Shown: positions 26,362 through 36,590 of the stretch, piece by piece
Layout of the letters: each line of letters begins with the position of its first letter
Position numbering within the stretch: position 1 is the stretch's first letter
From: an uncultured Pirellula sp.
Lineage (GTDB): Bacteria; Planctomycetota; Planctomycetia; Pirellulales; PNKZ01
NCBI GenBank assembly: GCA_964633125.1
Contig: CAZWDN010000003.1
Coordinates: 1 to 57,101 of the forward strand
Reading direction: 5' to 3'
Length of the DNA stretch: 57,101 nucleotides
The notes under the pieces: generated by a model
What the model was told of the DNA's origin: nothing
What the model saw: only the letters and a program-made list of their open reading frames with translations
Database searches by the model: none
Position numbers and translations under genes: made by a program

Positions 26362-27591
26362 ATGTCCGACCAGCCGCAGTTCTTGTTCATGACGTGTCAG
26401 GTCGGCGCCGAGCCTACGCTCAAGTCGGAAATGGCTCGCTACCGCCCGAACTTCCGCTTCGCCTATTCGCGGCCGGGTTTTCTCACGTTCAAGCTTCCCG
26501 ACAAGCACCACCTCGCGGACGACTTCGAACTGCATTCGGTCTTTGCCCGCGCATACGGTTTCTCGCTCGGCAAGGTGGCGGTCGCCGACGATCCGGCCTC
26601 GGCCGTGGCCGAAGTTTGGCGTTTAGCGGGCGAGCGCCCGTTCAAGGCTTTGCACGTTTGGCCCCGTGATCGACTCGCGCCCGGCGAACGCGGCTACGAA
26701 GTCGGACAGACCGACGAATCGCGGGCGGCGGAAATCATGTTGCGCTCGGCGGCACCGGCGAAGTTCGACGCGCTCCACAAAAAGCGCATCACGCAACCGG
26801 GCGACCTCGTGCTCGACGTGATCGTGATCGACCCCAAGCTCTGGTGGGTCGGCTACCATCGCGCCGGAAGTCCCGCCTCGCGCCGCGCCGGCGGCTTGTA
26901 CGACGATATCGAGCTGCCGTACGAAGCCGTATCGCGGGCGTATCTCAAGATGGAGGAATCGCTCCGCTGGTCGAAGTTGCCGGTGCGCAAGGGCGACCAC
27001 GCGGCCGAAATCGGCTGTGCCCCCGGCGGCTCGTGCCAAGCGTTGCTCAAACGCGGCCTTCTGGTCACAGGCATCGATCCGGCCGAAATGCATCCGGCGG
27101 TCCTCGATCATCCGAACTTCCGCCACCTGCAAATGCGCGGCGGCGACGTGAAGCGGCGAGAGTTTCGCGACGTCCGCTGGCTCATGACCGACATGAACGT
27201 GACGCCGACTTACACGCTCGACACGGTCGAAGGCATCGTGACGCATCGCGAAGTAAATATCGAAGGACTGCTGCTGACGCTCAAGCTGCTCTCGTGGGAA
27301 TATGCGGAACATGTTCCGGAATTCGTCGCGCGCGTGCAAAGCTGGGGCTACGACCATGTGCAATGCACGCAACTACAGCACAATCGACGAGAATTCTGCT
27401 TGGCGGCCATGCGCGGCGACGGCGCGCCGCCGGTCGCGCCATTACAGGAACGCGCCGAAGAGAAGCTGAAGCGGCTGGTGAAACGAAAGGCGTCGCCGGC
27501 CGACAAACGGGGCAAAGTGAAGAGTCGAGCGGCGGGCGCAAAGCCCGCTGCTCGCCCGAAGCGAACAACGCATAAGCCGCCGGACGAATAG
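26362..27591 (+). CDS. rlmM: RlmM-family (FtsJ-type) rRNA 2'-O-methyltransferase
   Basis: AVSRAYLKMEES, EIGCAPGGS, GIDPAEM and WLMTDMN motifs. Confidence 0.7.
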   Translation: MSDQPQFLFMTCQVGAEPTLKSEMARYRPNFRFAYSRPGFLTFKLPDKHHLADDFELHSVFARAYGFSLGKVAVADDPASAVAEVWRLAGERPFKALHVWPRDRLAPGERGYEVGQTDESRAAEIMLRSAAPAKFDALHKKRITQPGDLVLDVIVIDPKLWWVGYHRAGSPASRRAGGLYDDIELPYEAVSRAYLKMEESLRWSKLPVRKGDHAAEIGCAPGGSCQALLKRGLLVTGIDPAEMHPAVLDHPNFRHLQMRGGDVKRREFRDVRWLMTDMNVTPTYTLDTVEGIVTHREVNIEGLLLTLKLLSWEYAEHVPEFVARVQSWGYDHVQCTQLQHNRREFCLAAMRGDGAPPVAPLQERAEEKLKRLVKRKASPADKRGKVKSRAAGAKPAARPKRTTHKPPDE

Positions 27592-27600
27592 TCCCGAGAA

Positions 27601-28596
27601 CTAGACCATTTCTTCGACTTCTTCGCCCGCGCTGACGGTGATTTCGCCGCCGTCTTCCAATCGGCGTACGATATCGACGACCTGTTGCTGCATCTGCTCG
27701 ACGGCCGAGCGCTTGACCGGGCCGAGATAATCCATTTCTTCCTTGAGCATTTCGGCGGCTCGCGTCGACATGTTGCCGAGCACCTTTTGGCGAAGCTCGT
27801 CGCTCGCGGTTTTGAGAGCCAGAGCCCACTGCGAGTTTTCGACGTTCTTGAGCACCGTCTGGATATCCTTGACGGCGAACTTCGCGATATCTTCGAACAC
27901 GAACATCCGTCGGCGAATCTCCTCGACGAGGTCCGGATCTTCCTGAGCAAGATTTTCGAGCAAGGCCCGCTCCGTGGCACGATCAGCGACGTTGAGAATC
28001 TCGGCGACCGATTCGACTCCGCCGGCCGTTTCGAAGGATTGGCTCGTGATGCTCGACATCCGATGCTCAAGCCCTTTTTCGACCTCCTGAATGATCTCGG
28101 GGCTCGTCTGGCCCATGCGCGCAATGCGTCGCACGACCGCCAACTGTCGATCGCCGGGCAGTCCGGCGATGACTTGCGCCGACTTTTGCGGCGCGAGATG
28201 TGAGAGAATCAATGCGATCGTCTGCGGATGCTCGTCCATAATGAACGTGAGCAAATGCGTGGCGTCTATTTTCTGCAAGAAGGCGAACGGTAACGCCTCG
28301 ATTTGCTGACGGACGTTTTCGAGCGTGCTGTTAGCGTTTTTGCCCAAGGCCTTTTCGACGAGGCTTTTGGCCAGATCAAGGCCGCCGGTGCTGCTACCGT
28401 AGGAATTCGGGTTTACGTCGGCAAACTCGCGAATCATGTTCGCTTGTTCTTCGCCGGCAATATGGCCGAGTCGGGCGATTTCGATCGAGACGAGTTCCAC
28501 TTGCTTGGGGTGGAGCTTCGAAAGGAGTTGCGCCGCTTCTTCTTCGGGCAAGCTGGCCAACAACACGGCGGCTTTGCGAATTTCTGCGGTTGCCAC
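27601..28596 (-). CDS. fliG: Flagellar motor switch protein FliG
   Basis: RKAAVLL.SL, EHPQTIALILSHL, MFVFEDI, ALK.A and NMSTRAAEML.EEMDYLGPV motifs. Confidence 0.97.
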   Translation of the reverse strand: MATAEIRKAAVLLASLPEEEAAQLLSKLHPKQVELVSIEIARLGHIAGEEQANMIREFADVNPNSYGSSTGGLDLAKSLVEKALGKNANSTLENVRQQIEALPFAFLQKIDATHLLTFIMDEHPQTIALILSHLAPQKSAQVIAGLPGDRQLAVVRRIARMGQTSPEIIQEVEKGLEHRMSSITSQSFETAGGVESVAEILNVADRATERALLENLAQEDPDLVEEIRRRMFVFEDIAKFAVKDIQTVLKNVENSQWALALKTASDELRQKVLGNMSTRAAEMLKEEMDYLGPVKRSAVEQMQQQVVDIVRRLEDGGEITVSAGEEVEEMV

Positions 28597-28822
28597 GGCG
28601 ACTCGCTCCCTGAGTTCTGCGGACTTATCGACGTCGGCGGAAGCGCACCGTCAAGCGCAGTCCTTCTCCACGGCTCCCAGCCGTCGCGACCGTCAAAGTC
28701 GCCGTCGTCTCGCGCATGATCGGACGTCGGGCGGTCGCGGCATGAATAATTCGCGGCGGAATCGCGACGTCATGCCGGCGACTTCATTGCCGGCGGGACG
28801 AGCAACCCAATTTATCGAAGAA

Positions 28823-29299
28823 CTAAGCCGTCACCGCGGCCGGAACTTCCGAGAGTCCGACTTCGACCGTAAGCGGTCCCCAATCGGAATCGAACGGAAT
28901 GACGATCGGCGTGACGTTCGACGGGAAGCGAACTTCATGACCAAGCCCGGTGATGACGTTGGGCAGACTGATCGAGAGCTGCATGTGCTCAAGTTGCGCC
29001 TTGGCGCCCCCCGCGACCATATTCGTAAGCTCGCCGACGGCGTCGATGACGTCGCTGTTGATCTCCGTCATATCCGTAAGCAGCATCGTGCCGGCGGCTT
29101 GCAGCGCCACGTTGCTGGAGAAGCTGAGCACCACGGTCCCGACGGCGTTACCCGAAAGACCGATCACGCCGCTAATGTCGAACTGCGGCTTCGTATTGCT
29201 CTTGAGGCTCGGTACGCCGCGTCGAATTTCACAGCCCAACACCGTTTGAAAGGCGTTCACGGCAGAGGTGATGAACGGGTTAATGTATTCGGCCTTCAT
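28823..29299 (-). CDS. cheX: Chemotaxis phosphatase CheX
   Basis: MKAEYINPF, ISGVIGLSG, DAVGELTNMVAG and ISLPNVITG motifs. Confidence 0.93.
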   Translation of the reverse strand: MKAEYINPFITSAVNAFQTVLGCEIRRGVPSLKSNTKPQFDISGVIGLSGNAVGTVVLSFSSNVALQAAGTMLLTDMTEINSDVIDAVGELTNMVAGGAKAQLEHMQLSISLPNVITGLGHEVRFPSNVTPIVIPFDSDWGPLTVEVGLSEVPAAVTA

Positions 29300-29680
29300 G
29301 CAATCCTCTCGGCAACCGCGATTCGTAGAAGGTACTCGGAATTTCGTCGAAGCACGAACGCCCGAATGCCGACACGCGGGCCGGGATAGGGATTCGACCA
29401 CAAACCTACATCACGGCGGTGGGGCGTCAAAATCCAATGTTGTAATCCGCACACGGCGGCAATCCACCGCGGCGCGGACGATGGCCGACGGCGAGGATTG
29501 TAACGGTCATGCCGCACGCAAACCGCGAGCAGTACCGCAGTCCTGTGAGAAGCCGTGGAACGTTCCAGAATCTTGAGCATGCGCTTTAGTGAAAGCTAGA
29601 GTTGACGCGGACGAATTCGCGCCACGCTCCGACGGAGGGTGTCCTGCGGACTTCGCACACTACTATTCAGGTTCAGTTCC

Positions 29681-30751
29681 ATGTTCTCCGAACGTCGCAA
29701 AAACTTTCGTTCGCCGGTCGTCGGCACTCGGGAAGCGAATATCATCTTCGGCAAGACCAATTTGTCCGTGCGACTCATCGACGAGTCGGCCGGCGGACTG
29801 AAGGTCACGTCGGAGGCGATGCCTAGTTTCACCGAAGGCGCGCAGGTGGAACTAGAGACGGACGACGGCGATCTGTACCGGATGGAAGTCATCCATATCG
29901 AACAACGGGGCCTCTGCTCCCAGATCGGCCTACGGCGGCTGCAAACCCTGACGCACAACGGCAAGAACGTCGACGCCGGACCGCAGAGGGAGCCTCGGAA
30001 AGGCCTGCGAGTCGCGTTGTTCGTCGGCATCGGGTTGCTCGTCGGCATGGGTGCTCAAGCGGAGCCGATTCGGCGACAACTCGTCAAAGTGCCGGGCTTT
30101 TCCAAAGTTTTCAGCGCGCCGGACGACAAAGGCGGCCCGGTCGGCCCTAAGATCAGCGCCGGGCTGCGGGATCGCCTTCGTCATAGCTTCGACATCGACT
30201 TGTTCAGCGAACCCGAAATGTCGGTGCTACTGCGGTTACGGCCCGAGCAACAGGGCAAGATCACGAGCGTGATTCAAGCCAAGAACTCGGTGCTGAAGCC
30301 GAGCGTGCCGAAGTCGCAACAAGCGGCCATTTTGTACATTACTCAAATGGCCATGCTCGGCGTGCTCGACACCGAACAAAAGTACCGCCTCGAGTCGTTG
30401 ATGGAGCACACGATCGGCGCGACCGATCTGCTGCAAAAGCTCGTCATGCAGTATTGGCCGACCGCAGACGCCGAAGAGTTGTATCGCCGACTTGGCGCTC
30501 CGGCCCTAGCGCTTCCGCAAATGGCCGAGCATCTCAAGATGGATGAAAAGCAACTTCGCGCCATTCGCACGATCATCGACGAAGCGCTCGACAAATCCGA
30601 GCACCTTTATCGACAAGGGAAGGCGGACAACGCCGACAGTCAACTCCTCATCGAAGCGTTCGGCTATCTCGACGACGCCCAGCAAAAGTGTTTGGCGGTG
30701 CTCAATCCCGAACAACGGTCGATCGTCGAAAGCCTGAGCGAGAAAAAGTAA
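29681..30751 (+). CDS. PilZ-like domain + TM + helical (Spy/CpxP-like) domain protein
   Basis: RKNFR (RxxxR) and DESAGG (DxSxxG), a TM segment, and four L.xEQ/KQ helical repeats. Confidence 0.55.
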   Translation: MFSERRKNFRSPVVGTREANIIFGKTNLSVRLIDESAGGLKVTSEAMPSFTEGAQVELETDDGDLYRMEVIHIEQRGLCSQIGLRRLQTLTHNGKNVDAGPQREPRKGLRVALFVGIGLLVGMGAQAEPIRRQLVKVPGFSKVFSAPDDKGGPVGPKISAGLRDRLRHSFDIDLFSEPEMSVLLRLRPEQQGKITSVIQAKNSVLKPSVPKSQQAAILYITQMAMLGVLDTEQKYRLESLMEHTIGATDLLQKLVMQYWPTADAEELYRRLGAPALALPQMAEHLKMDEKQLRAIRTIIDEALDKSEHLYRQGKADNADSQLLIEAFGYLDDAQQKCLAVLNPEQRSIVESLSEKK

Positions 30752-30773
30752 GCCAAGCGGCTATCGGACGCAT

Positions 30774-31265
30774 TTAAAGCGTGCGATCGTAGACCCCTTC
30801 TTGCCCTTCGCATTCGTCGACGATGACGCGCAGCCGCTCTGGCCGATATCCCGATGCGGCCGCGAGACGAGTGAGCAACGATTCGGCAATGTGCTTTGCC
30901 AACAGTTCCGCCGTGGTTTGCACGAGAGGCAGGAGCACGCAATCTTGTCGGGGAAAAACCCACCGGCGATCTTCGAAACGGACGACGACCTCACGCTCGT
31001 CCGCCTCGACGCGAATCCGCGGATGTTGCGTCGGCAGCAGCATGTGGTGGTCGAGCTCCAATACGATCGCTTTGAGCGTATCGCGCAGCGCAATAAAATC
31101 GACGACGTATTCGTTCTCATCCAGCGGGCCGAATACTTCGACGGCCGTGCGATAGTTATGGCCGTGCAAACGTTCGCAAATATTTCCCGCGAACGTGATG
31201 AAATGCGCCGCCGAAAAGACGAGTTCCGTCTTCCGCAGCCGAACTGAATACGACTCTTGCGGCAT
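30774..31265 (-). CDS. queD: 6-pyruvoyl-tetrahydropterin synthase / QueD family (COG0720), CExxHGH variant
   Basis: FSAAHF, CERLHGHNY, VVDF, LDH and TTAELLA motifs. Confidence 0.85.
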   Translation of the reverse strand: MPQESYSVRLRKTELVFSAAHFITFAGNICERLHGHNYRTAVEVFGPLDENEYVVDFIALRDTLKAIVLELDHHMLLPTQHPRIRVEADEREVVVRFEDRRWVFPRQDCVLLPLVQTTAELLAKHIAESLLTRLAAASGYRPERLRVIVDECEGQEGVYDRTL

Positions 31266-31298
31266 TGCTCACGACTCCCGTGTCAAACTGACTCTCAA

Positions 31299-32192
31299 TT
31301 ATAGCTGAAGCGGTCGCGGAACTCCGCCGGTCAGCAACAAGACAAATAACGCCGCGGCGATTAGATCAGCCGTCGTGCCGGGGTTGCGACGATGCCCGTC
31401 GCTGCGCAGCCAGAAATCAAAGTCGGCAAGCGACTGATGAAACGCCTCTTCGCCGAACTCGGCGGCCTGTAAAACTTGATCGGCTCCCTCGGCGACTTGC
31501 TGCGCCATGCCGGCGCCGCACTTGCGGGCAATGAGCGAGTCGGGTAGCTGCCGCAGTAAGTGGAGTTGCGTACGGATGACGGCGTCCGACAGGCCGCGGC
31601 CCGCGGCGATTTCCTGTTCCAGATACGGCACGACGAGATCAAACAAGTCGGCGAAGCCGTTCACATACTGCCGGGCAATCGCGTCGCGATCCGCGGCCAG
31701 CCGCATGGCGTGCAACAGATCGGCGGGGGGCGATTCGGCGACGTCGGCCTCGTCCACACGCCCCATGCCGCCCGGATTCGCCAACCCGATCGCGGCATAA
31801 ACCTGCGCTGCGTCATCCCGATTCAAATCGGCCAGCACGCTGCGAAGCCCGACTCGAAGCAGATCGGGCGAACGTCCGGCGGTCGTCGCGGCAGCCAACG
31901 GAGCGAACAGCAGCACGATCCCGAGGTTGACGTTAGTCGCCGTGAACCGACGCGTTGCGGCCACGGCGTTGTAAACGGATTGCCCGACGGGCGCGCCGGA
32001 CGCTGCTCGTTGCATGGCCGGCCCGATCGCCACGGCGGCGGCGGCGAAGTCGGCGAAAGTAAGGTCGGCGAAGTCTGCGCCGCGATGCACGTTACCCGGC
32101 TTCGGCACAATCACTTCGAGCAAGCATGCGAGCGTCGCACATTGGCCGACGTCGAGCGGCGAAGTCCCGTCGAGTGCCGTCGCAAGATTCAC
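31299..32192 (-). CDS. citG: Triphosphoribosyl-dephospho-CoA synthase family (CitG-like, methanopterin-cluster type)
   Basis: ACLLEV..PKPGNVH, NVNLGIVLL, DSLIARK.G and NPGTTADL motifs. Confidence 0.85.
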   Translation of the reverse strand: MNLATALDGTSPLDVGQCATLACLLEVIVPKPGNVHRGADFADLTFADFAAAAVAIGPAMQRAASGAPVGQSVYNAVAATRRFTATNVNLGIVLLFAPLAAATTAGRSPDLLRVGLRSVLADLNRDDAAQVYAAIGLANPGGMGRVDEADVAESPPADLLHAMRLAADRDAIARQYVNGFADLFDLVVPYLEQEIAAGRGLSDAVIRTQLHLLRQLPDSLIARKCGAGMAQQVAEGADQVLQAAEFGEEAFHQSLADFDFWLRSDGHRRNPGTTADLIAAALFVLLLTGGVPRPLQL

Positions 32193-33127
32193 TCTCCTAC
32201 CCCCGCCGCCAGACTCCCCACCGGCCCCTTTTCGCGCGCGAGAAACGTGCTCAACAGCGGCACAATTTGCTCATACGCATCTTCAATGACGTAATGTCCG
32301 GCGTCGGCGAACCGGTGGACCTCGGCCTGTGGAAAAAAGCGGCGAAAACGCTCGAGAAACTTCGGCGTGAAGCACCAATCGCGCATGCCCCACGCCAACA
32401 TGACCGGCTTATCCGACAACCGAGCCAACCCCGCTTCAACGCCGGTCAGCGTCGCATAGCTCGGGTGGGTCGGAGCCAGCGGAATGTCCTGCACAAATCG
32501 ATGCACGGCTACGCGATGTTCGTAATTGTCGTACGGCGCTAAGTAGCCGGCCCGCACTGCCGCTGTGAATCGCTCCGGCTTTTCCGTGGCCATCACCAGC
32601 GCCGCACGGGCGAAAAGATTCAACCCGCGCACGCCCCAGGCGCCGAGGCCCGGAATACGGCAAACGCGTATGCGCCACGGACAACGCTCGCCGTGGAATG
32701 CTCCGGTGTTGAATAATGCCAAACGCGTGAACCGCTCCGGCATCTGCCCCGCCGCGCCGAGCCCGATGGCCCCGCCCCAATCGTGGGCCAGCAGCGTGAT
32801 GTTGCGCAAGTCGAGCGTTTCAATCAGTTGTCGCAGGTTCGCGATGTGGTCGGCGAGCCGGTACGCATAGTCTTGCGGCTTTTCTGAAAGTCCACAGCCC
32901 AGATGATCGAGCGCCACGACGCGCGACTGATCGCGAAACTCGGCGATGATCTTGCGCCAATAGAACGACCAAGTCGGGTTGCCGTGGACGCAAAGCAACG
33001 TCGGCGGCGAATCGGAACCGCGGGAGTTCGTCGCAATCGGCCCTTCGTCGAGATAGTGCAGTCGCCCCCCCGGCACATTCAGAAAATGTGAGGTAAAGGG
33101 GTACTCATCTTGCCAGTGGTCGCTCAC
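32189..33127 (-). CDS. Alpha/beta hydrolase, haloalkane dehalogenase/OleB-like
   Basis: HGNPTWSFYW, DHLGCGLS.KP, HDWGG (Asp nucleophile), WGMRD and AGHY motifs. Confidence 0.85.
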   Translation of the reverse strand: MSDHWQDEYPFTSHFLNVPGGRLHYLDEGPIATNSRGSDSPPTLLCVHGNPTWSFYWRKIIAEFRDQSRVVALDHLGCGLSEKPQDYAYRLADHIANLRQLIETLDLRNITLLAHDWGGAIGLGAAGQMPERFTRLALFNTGAFHGERCPWRIRVCRIPGLGAWGVRGLNLFARAALVMATEKPERFTAAVRAGYLAPYDNYEHRVAVHRFVQDIPLAPTHPSYATLTGVEAGLARLSDKPVMLAWGMRDWCFTPKFLERFRRFFPQAEVHRFADAGHYVIEDAYEQIVPLLSTFLAREKGPVGSLAAGVGE

Positions 33128-33356
33128 GTACCGAAATTCCAGCAGTTCTGCGACACTGCCCGCCTTGCCGAAAGCGGCGACCGGTCGTGACGATTGTAGG
33201 TAGACGAAGGGAAAGTTGGTCGATCCGGCTCATCTTCCCGAGGTTGCCCGCTTTTCTTTTCGCAACCATAGCGGAGAATTGACCAAGTCCCCAGTATATC
33301 GACCGGCTAGAACGGCGACCAGCGACGGCTCTGGGCCGTAATTTCGGAGAGCGATC

Positions 33357-35522
33357 GTGAGCGAGCAAGAGTTTCTTCCCGAGCATTTTCTCAACCGCGA
33401 ATTGAGCTGGCTGGAGTTCAACCGGCGCGTTTTGGAAGAAGCAGAATCGCCCGACGTTCCGCTGCTGGAGCGCGTGAAGTTTCTGTCGATCTTTAGTTCC
33501 AACCTCGACGAATTCTTCATGGTGCGCGTCTCCGGCCTGCGCGAACAGGCGTTTGAAGATGGCGCTCCCCAAGACTACTCCCCCGACGGCCTACGACCGT
33601 TGCAACAGTTGGAGCGAATAGCCCAACGCACCAAGGAACTCGTGGCGGCGCAATATCGTTGCTGGAATGAGCAAATCGTTCCGCAACTGGCCGACCAGAA
33701 GATCCGCATTCTGACGCCGAGCCAGCTAGCGCCCGAGCATCATGCGATCCTCGATAAGTTTTTCAACGAGCGGGCCTACCCGATTCTGACGCCGATGGCG
33801 GTCGACCCCGCGCATCCGAGCCCGCGGTTTCATAACCGCGGCTTGTATTTGGCGGCGCGTTTGCGGCGGCACTCCGGCTTAGGACCCAAGAACCTCTTCG
33901 GCGTAGTGCAATTGCCGCAGGTGTTGCCGCGATTGGTGACGCTGAGCCAAGGGGAAGAGCAGCTCTACATTATGCTGGAAGACGCCGTCGGCATGCGACT
34001 GGCGGAACTCTTCGGCGGCGCCGAAGTGGTGAACCACACCTACTTTCGCGCGACGCGCGACAGCGATATCGAACTGCTGGAACAAGAAGCCGACGACATG
34101 TTGCAGGTGATCGAAGATCGCCTCAAGGCGCGGCAGCGCGGGCAGGTCGTGCGATTGGAAGTTTCCGCCGACGGCGACGAGGAGTTGATTCGCGAAATCG
34201 TCGAGCCGGAGAACGTTCGCGAGGGAAACTCCGGCGATGCGTATAGCGAAGTTTATCGCATTCCCGGCCCGCTCGATCTGACGGCGCTCACGGAACTGCT
34301 GAAGATGCCGGGGCGCGAGCATCTGCGCGACGTGCCGTTTACGCCGCAGCAGCCGCGCGGCCGCGGCCAACGTGGCAAAGAAGATTTGTTCACGGCCATT
34401 CGCCGGCACGACGTTCTTCTCCACCATCCGTACGACGCGTTCGATGCCGTCGTCGAGTTCGTCAGCAAGGCGGCGGTCGACCCGAACGTGTTGGCCATCA
34501 AGCAGACGCTCTACCGAACGAGCGGCGATTCACCCGTAACGCGGGCTCTGATCCAGGCCGCGGAGAACGGCAAGCACGTCACGGCGCTCGTGGAACTCAA
34601 AGCCAGGTTTGACGAGGAGAACAACGTCGGCTGGGCACGAAAGCTCGAACGGGCCGGCGTACACGTAGTGTTCGGCTTTCTCGACCTGAAAACACACTGC
34701 AAGCTTTCCCTAATCGTGCGGCAGGAAGGTCAAACGCTGCGGCGCTACGTGCATCTCGGCACGGGCAATTACAACCCCAATACGGCACTCATCTATACCG
34801 ACCTGGGCCTGTTTACCGCCGACGAAGAGACGACGGCCGACGCTTCGGCGCTGTTCAATTTGCTCACGGGATATTCGCAAGGGCACAAGTGGAAAAAACT
34901 CGTCGTCGCCCCGACCGACTTGCATCGGCGCACGGTCGAACTCATTGAGGAGCAAACGCGGCGCGCCAAAGAAGGCTTGCCGGCGCGGATATTGGCGAAG
35001 CTCAATTCACTGGTCGATTATCGCGTGATCGAAGCGTTATATCGTGCGGGCCAAGCCGGCGTGCCCGTCGATCTCATCATCCGCGGAATCTGCGGATTGC
35101 GTCCCGGCATTCCCGGCTTCAGCGAAAACATTCGGGTTCGCAGCGTCGTCGATCGGTTTCTAGAGCACAGCCGTATTTACGTGTTTGGCCCGCAAGAAGA
35201 CTGCCGCATCTACTTGGCCAGCGCCGATTGGATGCCGCGCAATTTCTACCGGCGCGTGGAAGTGATGTTCCCCGTCGAGGCGCCTGATTTGCGAGAGCGC
35301 ATTCTCGGCGAGATCCTACCGGCTTACTTGCGCGATAACGTGAAGGCCCGGATCGTGCAGCCCGACGGCACGCATACCCGCGTGACGATCGGTGAGCATG
35401 AGACGCGACATCGCTGCCAGGAAGAACTGTTGGCGGTTCGCCCCGGCATGCTGCCGATCGAAGCGAACAGCATCGAGTCCAACGGCGCAGCGGCGTTTGC
35501 GGCCGCGATCCGCGACTCCTAA
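33357..35522 (+). CDS. ppk1: Polyphosphate kinase 1
   Basis: NRELSWL.FN.RVL, NLDEFFMVRV, IKQTLYR, ELKARFDE, KTHCK, HLGTGNYN, RFLEHSR and ADWMPRN motifs. Confidence 0.97.
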   Translation: MSEQEFLPEHFLNRELSWLEFNRRVLEEAESPDVPLLERVKFLSIFSSNLDEFFMVRVSGLREQAFEDGAPQDYSPDGLRPLQQLERIAQRTKELVAAQYRCWNEQIVPQLADQKIRILTPSQLAPEHHAILDKFFNERAYPILTPMAVDPAHPSPRFHNRGLYLAARLRRHSGLGPKNLFGVVQLPQVLPRLVTLSQGEEQLYIMLEDAVGMRLAELFGGAEVVNHTYFRATRDSDIELLEQEADDMLQVIEDRLKARQRGQVVRLEVSADGDEELIREIVEPENVREGNSGDAYSEVYRIPGPLDLTALTELLKMPGREHLRDVPFTPQQPRGRGQRGKEDLFTAIRRHDVLLHHPYDAFDAVVEFVSKAAVDPNVLAIKQTLYRTSGDSPVTRALIQAAENGKHVTALVELKARFDEENNVGWARKLERAGVHVVFGFLDLKTHCKLSLIVRQEGQTLRRYVHLGTGNYNPNTALIYTDLGLFTADEETTADASALFNLLTGYSQGHKWKKLVVAPTDLHRRTVELIEEQTRRAKEGLPARILAKLNSLVDYRVIEALYRAGQAGVPVDLIIRGICGLRPGIPGFSENIRVRSVVDRFLEHSRIYVFGPQEDCRIYLASADWMPRNFYRRVEVMFPVEAPDLRERILGEILPAYLRDNVKARIVQPDGTHTRVTIGEHETRHRCQEELLAVRPGMLPIEANSIESNGAAAFAAAIRDS

Positions 35523-35532
35523 CGGCCGTGAG

Positions 35533-36537
35533 TCACACGTTGCGGCGGATCACGCTCTCGGCGAGCCGATGAAGAACGTCGCGCGCCGGTCCCGGCGGCA
35601 AGGCCGTGAGATCGCGCTGCGCGGCGAGCGTGAAACGCTGTGCGGCGGCGCGGGCGTAGTTTAAACCGTCGCTCCGCCGGAGCCATGGGTCAAGCAAAGC
35701 GCGACGGCCCCCTTCGGCGTCGGCCAGTTGCCGTTGCAGCGCAGATCGCTCATCGGGCGGCAACATGCTTAAGAGCCGAATCAAAGGCAACGTCGGTTTC
35801 AGTTGTTCGAGATCGGTGCCTAGCGATTTGCCCGTCAGAGCTTCATCCCCTTCCAGGTCGAGCAAATCGTCGACCACTTGAAACGCCATACCGAGGTTGC
35901 GGCCGTAGCCGTCGAGGGCTGCTTCATGTTCGGGCGAAGCGCCGGCATAATGTCCGCCGAGTCGGCAGCAGCAGGCGCACAATTCGGCCGTCTTAGCGTT
36001 GATAATTTCGTAGTACTCCGTTTCCGGAAGATCAAGCCGGCCACGGCTATTGATCTGCCGCATTTCTCCTTCGCAGACGATGTTCGTCGAGCGGCCGATC
36101 AGCCGACAGGCGTAAGCATCGTCCGTCGTCGCGGCGAGAAAAAATGCGTGACTGAAGAGAAAATCGCCGAGCAATACGCCGGACTTGTTACCCCAGCGGG
36201 CGTTGACGGTGTCCAAATGGCGCCGCAGCGCAGCCTCATCGAGCACGTCGTCGTGAATCAACGTCGCGGTATGAATCATCTCCATCACCACGGCCAGCGT
36301 AATGTGCGCCGAACCGATCGTGCCGATCGCCGAAGCGGCCAATAGCAAGAGCGCCGGGCGCAGACGCTTGCCGCCGAGGCGAAAACCGTGCTTCACCAAT
36401 TGATCGACGTAGGGGTCGGCGCTGCGCAACTGTGCGAGGAGCAACTCTTCGACCTTCGCCATGTCGTCACGAATGCCCTCAAAAAGCGAGCCAAACGCAC
36501 GCTGGGCGCTGTCTTGTCGTTGCACGACGCTGGCCAT
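35533..36537 (-). CDS. Long-chain polyprenyl diphosphate synthase
   Basis: GKRLRP, HTATLIHDDV.D....RR, KTA and FQVVDDLLD motifs. Confidence 0.93.
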   Translation of the reverse strand: MASVVQRQDSAQRAFGSLFEGIRDDMAKVEELLLAQLRSADPYVDQLVKHGFRLGGKRLRPALLLLAASAIGTIGSAHITLAVVMEMIHTATLIHDDVLDEAALRRHLDTVNARWGNKSGVLLGDFLFSHAFFLAATTDDAYACRLIGRSTNIVCEGEMRQINSRGRLDLPETEYYEIINAKTAELCACCCRLGGHYAGASPEHEAALDGYGRNLGMAFQVVDDLLDLEGDEALTGKSLGTDLEQLKPTLPLIRLLSMLPPDERSALQRQLADAEGGRRALLDPWLRRSDGLNYARAAAQRFTLAAQRDLTALPPGPARDVLHRLAESVIRRNV

Positions 36538-36590
36538 TCGATGGTCTTCCTTCCGTTGCTATTGCGCCAACATTGGAGAGATCTCGCTGG

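Noticed and set aside
28620-28660. Sigma28 promoter for fliG
   Set aside because: Minus-strand GTCGATAA matches the -10 at 7/8, but there is no TAAA-like -35 at the right spacing.
29300-29680. c-di-GMP-I riboswitch between cheX and the PilZ-like gene
   Set aside because: A gcaaacc fragment is present but the GNRA/receptor stems and the rest of the consensus are not.
32189-33127. Calling the hydrolase oleB (olefin biosynthesis)
   Set aside because: The motifs are shared by haloalkane dehalogenases and OleB, and oleA, oleC and oleD are absent from the window.
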